A stretch of DNA of 64,000 bases, from NCBI GenBank assembly GCA_036172245.1, contig JAYWIR010000008.1:2108001-2172000 (forward strand), in the 5' to 3' direction. The notes under the pieces are model-generated. The model searched no databases, was not told the DNA's origin, and saw only the letters and a program-made list of their open reading frames with translations. Made by a program: the position numbers and the translations under genes. Of the stretch, positions 57,005 through 64,000 are shown piece after piece (the stretch's first letter is position 1; every line of letters starts with the position of its first letter). This DNA comes from Raillietiella orientalis. Taxonomy: Eukaryota.

Positions 57005-58918
57005 ATGCTCATTGGAGTAAATTTTTCAGTTTTGTTGTGTTCTTAATTATATTAAGAAATATAAAATCAAGGTTAGCAAATTTTTAGAATGCTGCGTCCA
57101 AACTATCATTATTGTTGCAAGTAAATGGCTAGGAAAATATTGTCACAAATGTAAAAAGTGCAAGCTTGATGCACCTATTGGTGTTTTCTGCCCCAAGTTT
57201 CAAATTACGTTGGTAGTCTTCCGAATGCTTTGTACGTTATTTCAGATTTTCAAGATTTTTGTCGGTAAGCGGCGCCCATCAAAATGCTCAGTGTGCGGAA
57301 TTTTGTACAACAACATTTTTGATTCAAGCAGCGTGTGATCATACTTCGAGTGTATGAGACAAAAAAGAAAAGTGGGTCTATCCAAAACAAGGGTTCGTTT
57401 CACCATTTCATTTAGCATGGTGTCGTTAATTTTGATAGCGGTTCTATGCAAGGGTGGAGTGCACAGATTGGGATGGCTCCTTGTAGCATTGGTTAAAGGT
57501 TCTACATTTCACGAGAGGTGCTAAACGGAAATCGAGTAAATGACTAGTGGGACCGAGTGGTCATTAATAGTATCAGGAAAAGTTTTTCCGTAGAACGAAC
57601 GCGGAATTTATTCCATTCTGGTTACTTCAGTGGCAAACTTACCTATGCAAGCTTTGCCCATGTCTTCGACGGGCAATAATTAAAGAGCCACTTTTGAAGA
57701 GGTACAAAACGTAGCGAAAATATGCATCTGTAATAGCGCTCCTGCTGTGGCATCAATAAATATGATGAAAAAAAAACCAGTTGATTTTGCATATTCATGA
57801 AGTTTATTTGCAAGGAATCTCTCCTTTTTTTGTAGCATAAGGATACTTGCATACATATTCATTAAAGCAGTCATCCTGATCGACACTCAGATAATGACAA
57901 TGGGATAATGCTTATACGTGTAGGGCATGGTAATAACCATTGTATAAAGTCGGTACCTTGAATTTGGTTAGGTTCCTTTAGACCAATTGGGTTTCACACC
58001 AAATCTCACTTAGTGTGGTCATCGTTTCAAGTTAGGGACTTAAATGCCAAGGAGAGATATTTTGTTTTAATAAACAGATCTTCCAGAGCCAGTCAATCAA
58101 TCAAGAAAAATCGGATCGAAGGAATCTGAACTTTCGGGTGAAATGAGATCTCTTTTGCATCTCTTAAAAATAACTTGATATCCTCTATAGTTATTCAAAG
58201 AAAACACATTCATTCGTGTTCTATTTACCTCCTTCAAATTAATACGATGAGATCAATCAACTTTTTAGAAACAATCTCGCATGGTGATAGAACTGATGAA
58301 ATCTATGCCAAAGCTAAAGATTAACGCTAGACTTGCTTTTATGTCGGAATTACAATTCATTCAATAATGGTACTTTCTTCACTTACAATAGTCAAGCAAA
58401 AAATACAACCTTGTAAACCAGATCTGTTAATGAGGTCTTTTTTCCAGGCTTTTAGTAAGTGTTTATGTAAACTGGGAGTAAATTGTAAAGGTGCGCGCTA
58501 AAGAGTTTGGTCCTTTGCAGTTGAATGTAGCAGGAGCAGATAAAAATTAAGAATTCTAGTTTTCTGAAAGAAAAATCATCACAAAGGGATGGATTATTGA
58601 TTCAGTTCGAAAATGTGCTTTGTAGTGTATCTATTGTGTACCAATACGGTTTATCTTGTGTAAAAAAATAAATTGCTGAACATTTTTCCGTTAATTGTCC
58701 TTTGCTGCATTTGGTACTTGGACTTCTGTTTTCTCCCCGTGTTGTGCCTTATTCGTGTTGTGCTGTTTGCGTTTCCCGTGACTCGTTGAGCCAAGTTGCC
58801 TTGTAATCAAAGGTACGAAACACCACAGACTCAGCAATCTCAAGTCCTTACCATTGCATTAGCACTTATTGTTAAGCAAAACATACAAGTTCCTAGTATC
58901 AACCAGATATTTTTAGAT

Positions 58919-61900
58919 ATGTTAAATCATTGTACGTTATATAAGTTTACAACACTGTCATGTAATTCCTCCATATTCAAAAATATTGTGAAAAAAGCAA
59001 GTATCCCAACATTGTTTGTTAATAAAGCTACTATAGTTAGTTCATATAGGAAACATCCTGACATTGACAAAAATAAACCTCCTCCTTGGCCCTATAAAGA
59101 AAAACCGTTTGGTTTGTTCCATTGGTGTTTTACTAGAGAGTCTTATAGATCAAGATTCGATGAGAATTCAAAGGTTGTTATAGTAGAAGGAAATGTTGCC
59201 GCCGGTAAAACCAAGTTTGCAAAAGAGTTTGCTGAAGAAACTGGTATGCTCTATTTACCCGAAGTCAACATGGATATGTTTTACATCAATAAATATGGAT
59301 ATGATATGAGAGATTATGATTATGATCTTCCAGAATCAATACAGTGCTTTGATTTGGATGATTTTTTCAAGAATCCTCATCATGTTAATGCAAGTGGATT
59401 TCAAATAACTATGTTATATTTGAGATTTAATCAGTACATTGATGCACTGAATCATCTTTTGAATACAGGTAATAGAATTTTATCTGAATGTTTATTTAGT
59501 CTTGAATGTTTTCTTTGTGTAAGAGTAAATAGATTATGAATATTATGTCATTTGTTTCTAATTCTTTATAGGGTAGTGTTTTAAAGATAACCCGTTAAAA
59601 GACGAAATTCTTCCGTTTCCATATCTACAAGTGAAAGTTTTTATTGTTTATACCACCAATTAATCGAAGATGTGTACTTCAATTTGTATATTTTAATACA
59701 GTATGACGCTATTTGAAAGTACACTCACAAATTGAATTTCCACTTGCAAAGCAAACGAAAAAGTGCAAACTTTGGAAATGAAAATATATAATTTGTAAAT
59801 TATTTTATTTCATTACAATTTATTACATCCAAGTTAAGTTTTTGTAGATTTACTATTATGTATGTTCATCTTCTGGAGAATCTTGTTTTAGTGGTATTCT
59901 GTTAAATTCCATTCAAACTGATAATCATTTTGTATGTTGATTTCATTTTAAATTCAATCCATCTAACATAACATCTTATTAGAAACAAATTGGAACTATT
60001 TGGAGATTGTTTCAGGATTTAAAATTAAGTTTCTTAGCTGTCAACCATTTTTTATTTCTTGGGACTGAATAATCGGTGTAACTTTACCAAACCTAACTTT
60101 TGACCTTATGTGCTGATTTCCATGGGTTGCAGTGGGTAATCTTCATGATTTGTTGAAATCAGCTCACCAGTACTCTACTTCCAATTTCATATTCACATGC
60201 TAATCATAATTCCTTAAAAAACAATGCGATTCTTTCAACATTTTTTAGATAAAGTAGAATTGTTTAAACGTACACAAGTGTAAGATTCAAGTAGTATGTA
60301 GTGTTTTTCTGTTCATTAGCTAATGAAATTGCATTTTTCTGTTCAAATAGCATTTTTGGTTTTCACATTTGATTTAAGCATGTCAAACATTTTGGAGTCA
60401 CTTTGCACAAATAAGGAAGAAAAATACTAACATAGAGGTCTGACAAAATAACTGCTCTTACCTGCTGAGATTATTGAAACCACATACCTCTGTAGTATTA
60501 CCTGTTCATGCTATCATTCATTGCTCCAACCCTAGCATTACTATCACATGCAAACACATTCTATTTTTACTTGATTTCTGTATTTTCCGTCCAATTTTGT
60601 CATTAATCATCTATAGTGTATTGTAGTTAGTATTTAGTGCACATATGAAAAGAGTGTTCTCTTGGAAAGATTTATGTGAAAGGTTAGCTTTTCTTTTATT
60701 TTTCTCCTTAATCTAACCATCTAAGTAATTTATTTTCTATGCTCTATTGATGTGCAAGTTATTATTATATGTTCTGAAATCATGCTCTTGTTTGATGAGC
60801 ATTAGATGAGATTTTTAACTAGGGATGGGTCAGTTTTCTAGAAGAAATTTTGTTTAAAAGATTCCATCAATTAATGCAGAAAGTAAGTTCTGTGAATGTG
60901 CAATCATGTTCATGATTCATTGCCGAGCATTAAATGCATAGTATGATGTACTGATATACACATCAAGTAAATGGCGTGAATTTCATTTTTTAAATAATGC
61001 TTGCCATGCAAGCTCTGTTGGTGTGTTTGCTAATTTTTTTTTTTGTTTCTAACCTTCCTATATTAGAGAATAATGTAAAAGCTTTTCTGATTTCTCAAAT
61101 TCAATTTTAGGGCAAGGAGTAGTTTTAGAAAGAAGTTTTTTTTCCGAGTGTGTGTTTATTGAAGCAATGTTTAATTCAGGCTTTGTGAATAGAAAAGGTA
61201 AGCCTCATTGTGAAATTAAATTATATATTAGTTAGTAAGACATTACAAAGACAAAACATTAGTGTACTTTTTGTTTGTTTGGTTTCAGAATAACATAGTT
61301 GAGCTATTAGTCTGAGTGTTCAGTTTATTCGGATTATTTTGTCATTTGCATTTAATGGTTTTCAGTGAAGGATTTTTATTACAAGGTAAGAAGGAATGGT
61401 CTTGCTGCCTTACTTCGCCCACATATAATTATTTATTTGGATGTACCTGTTCCTATCCTTCTTGAGAGGATAAAGAAACGTAATTTATCTGTAGACAAAG
61501 AATCCAAAGTTCTCACTAGTGATTACCTAACTACAATTGAGAACCACTACAAACAACAGTATTTGAAAGAATGCAGGTAAAATGCATTACTGTTCTGTTC
61601 ATTTGCAAATTTTTATATCTGAAGATGTTTAAGAAATGTCAAAAACATTGTCTTGATTGTTTTGATCAGTTTTCATTCTGAATGCTACCACACTTTGTAT
61701 GAGGAATATTTTATGCCTTAAGAAGAAGAAAAAAAAAAGTGGACATCTTTCTGCACAGTTCTTGAAATTACAGTGTAGCTACAACTTCATTTTAAATTAA
61801 TTTGCAGCCAGAGTGCCTTTTATTTTTATTTTTTATTCTTTTTTTTTAAAAAAAGACTCTGATTAAATAGAAAATTAATTTTTATTGAGTGAAAGAAAAA

Positions 61901-63219
61901 ATAGAATAACCTTCTTTTGTAAAGAGTTCCATAAAAATAGCTTTAAAAAGCCAAATTTTCTTCCAAGGACCAGCAAAGCTCCTTGAATTAATAGTAAATT
62001 TCCAAAGAACTGTGAGAACACAACCCTGCCTTGATGATATGATTGCTACCCTGACCACTGCTCTGATTGCTTGCTTGAAGAATTGAGTGATTTAAAGATG
62101 TCTTGTAGAAGTTATTAAATTCATTTTTGATGCCATAACTTCTGTTCCATTTTGTTTGTCTTTCTGTTAGTTGAAAAGCAATCCTTGAAGGCAAGAATCT
62201 TTACTACATGACTGTATTTCAAATTTGCTTCTTGACTTTGCTGTTATAACTTATTTTACTAGGTGAAGTTCGTTGAAATGATGTTTTCTTGTATGTTTTT
62301 AATTTCAAAACATGATGTAAGATCTGGAATGGCTTTGCAAACTTTTGCATCAGCGTGCACTGCTTTGCGTTTTTGTTTTCCACAGCGCAAGTGGAACCTC
62401 ATTTCTCTTCAGCATTTTTCTGTTGCTTTAAGAGATCATGTTCGACTTACCTGCGAGTTTGAAGGTTTGTGGATGTTCAAACTACAGCTATTCCTCTCTT
62501 ACCTCCAGTTGAACGCTTATGGTTTCTCGTATCAAGATAACGAGCGTATTGAATCTTTGGAAGTCTCTGTACAGAGGGACTGTGTTTGCTTCTTCCTTTT
62601 CTCGTCTCATCGTAAGATTCTGTTCATTATTTTGTAACGGATGTGAAGTGTCTTCCGTGTATTTTCCGTGTTTTCATTTCGGAAGTTCCGTTTCGTGAGC
62701 TTACAGAAAATCCGTGCCTCTGGTTTTGCGATGAATACCGTGATCTGCCTGATTCGATGATGACTGCATCATTTTGCTTTGGGTCGTTTTCATTCCTTCA
62801 TTGTGACTGATTTTATTCAGCGTTAATGGGTTGACCTGTATCGGCGTTGACTTCAGTGTTGATAAATGACATCGAAGAAACAGTTGAATCAGTAGAGTAT
62901 TGAGTAGAGTATCAGTAGAGTAGAGTGGTCACCTATTTGCGTATTATTGGTATTCGTGCTTATGTTGAATGTGTGTTTGTTATCCCAATTTCCGAGTTGC
63001 AGATGCCCAGAAAAATTGTTTTCGGAAAACCGTGTGTCTCAGGGTGTGTCTTTCCAGGCGGCATTCTGAATTGTACATTTTCGATTGGTCATCCTATGGT
63101 GATACGAGCGAAGTAGTTGAGGAACTGGAAAGACTAGGCTCAGAGCATCAGGAAAGTAACGATCCTCTGTATTTCGACTGGAAGAAGAAGGATTTCGTGA
63201 TAGAAAATCATCGAATGTG
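58919..63219 (+). CDS. NDUFA10: NADH dehydrogenase 1 alpha subcomplex subunit 10 (42 kDa, deoxynucleoside-kinase fold), 3'-partial
   Basis: Exons 58919-59468 (KPPPWPYKEK, RFDENSKVVIVEGNVAAGKT P-loop, YIDALNHLLNTG), 61111-61197 (QGVVLERS), 61366-61576 (LLRPHIIIYLDVP), 63058-63219 (HSELYIFDWS), GT-AG and in phase. The last donor is at 63220 and no further exon was seen in the window. A probable 5'UTR intron lies at 58812-58916. Confidence 0.93.
62891..62926. repeat. Short tandem AGTAGAGT(AT) repeat
   Basis: agtagagtattgagtagagtatcagtagagtagagt in NDUFA10 intron 3. Confidence 0.7.
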
Positions 63220-64000
63220 GTAAATTCCAGTTCCGTTCAGTCCTGCAAGATTATGTGCAGGGTCTTTTTTTTTTTTTTTTTTCCTTAAAACTCACCTTAA
63301 CCTTTCAAACTGATCCTCTTCTCCGAAAGTCGTATTCACGGATGCTGTAACGTACGATTTGTGGTTTGCAGGCGAGTCACTGCTTGTATCCGAAAATGTA
63401 ATCCCATCCCTCATTTCCGTTCCTCATTTCGAGGTTTTGTAGTATGGCTTGAATCCACTAAGTCGAGCAGTAAGTTTAAGATGATTTTTGGATGCATGTT
63501 GAATATTTCGTTCGCTGGAGTCATTCGCAAATCGGAAGAGTGGTGCCGTTCAGTCAGCCTCCGAAGATTATTCAATGTCTGCTCTCATCTTATTTAGAAT
63601 CGCAAGCGTTCCTCTAATCATTAAGAAAGAAAAATGCTTTTGCGTATTTTTTTTTTTTCTTCAAGCGGCGAAGTGCCATCAAATTTGCGGTAAAAAAAGG
63701 CCTCATGGTTTATAAGTGAATTATTAGACGATTCTAAATCATGGCACCTTCGGAATTCATGATAGATAATAGTGTAGATGAAATAGACGAAGTGGTGTGC
63801 CATCCCGCCTGATCAGAAGGTATTTTTGGCGATCTTGCAATTCTTTGCTTAACTTGGATAAAGCGTTTACAATTCTAATATAGCATATGCCAGAAGGTCA
63901 AAGATCACTTGTGCTTAGAAGGAAATGTGTGCTCTCGTACTTTAACTCTGAGAATGATTAATTCTATCATTTTGCACGTTTCTTTTTAGAATTTTATGTG

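Noticed and set aside
62728..62810. C/D-box snoRNA-like motifs (ATGATGA…CTGA) in NDUFA10 intron 3
   Set aside because: No terminal stem and no convincing antisense match to rRNA or snRNA. Such short boxes occur by chance.

Overview
Eukaryotic (invertebrate metazoan) genomic DNA with spliced genes and many very short introns (42-55 nt). There are no prokaryotic features, and most ORFs in the supplied track are spurious GC-rich frames. Six protein-coding genes were assembled by hand from splice sites and reading phase. Minus strand: an M13 neprilysin-like peptidase (runs off the left edge), a five-exon apolipoprotein D-like lipocalin almost invisible in the ORF track, and a divergent CFAP99. 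Plus strand: mitochondrial P5C dehydrogenase (ALDH4A1), SF3B1 and NDUFA10 (runs off the right edge). The most interesting signal is SF3B1 intron 4. It is about 1.1 kb in a gene whose introns are mostly about 50 nt, and it holds a 54-nt cassette exon with tandem in-frame stops, extra decoy-like splice sites and several RNA stems. This resembles the poison/decoy-exon control known for human SF3B1 intron 4. Other points: a perfect 26-bp intronic hairpin, a lipocalin tail behind a KKR site, a GC-AG intron, a 1-kb-spaced inverted repeat and a sharp CpG-rich/CpG-poor mosaic. Family assignments come from recalled motifs, not database searches.
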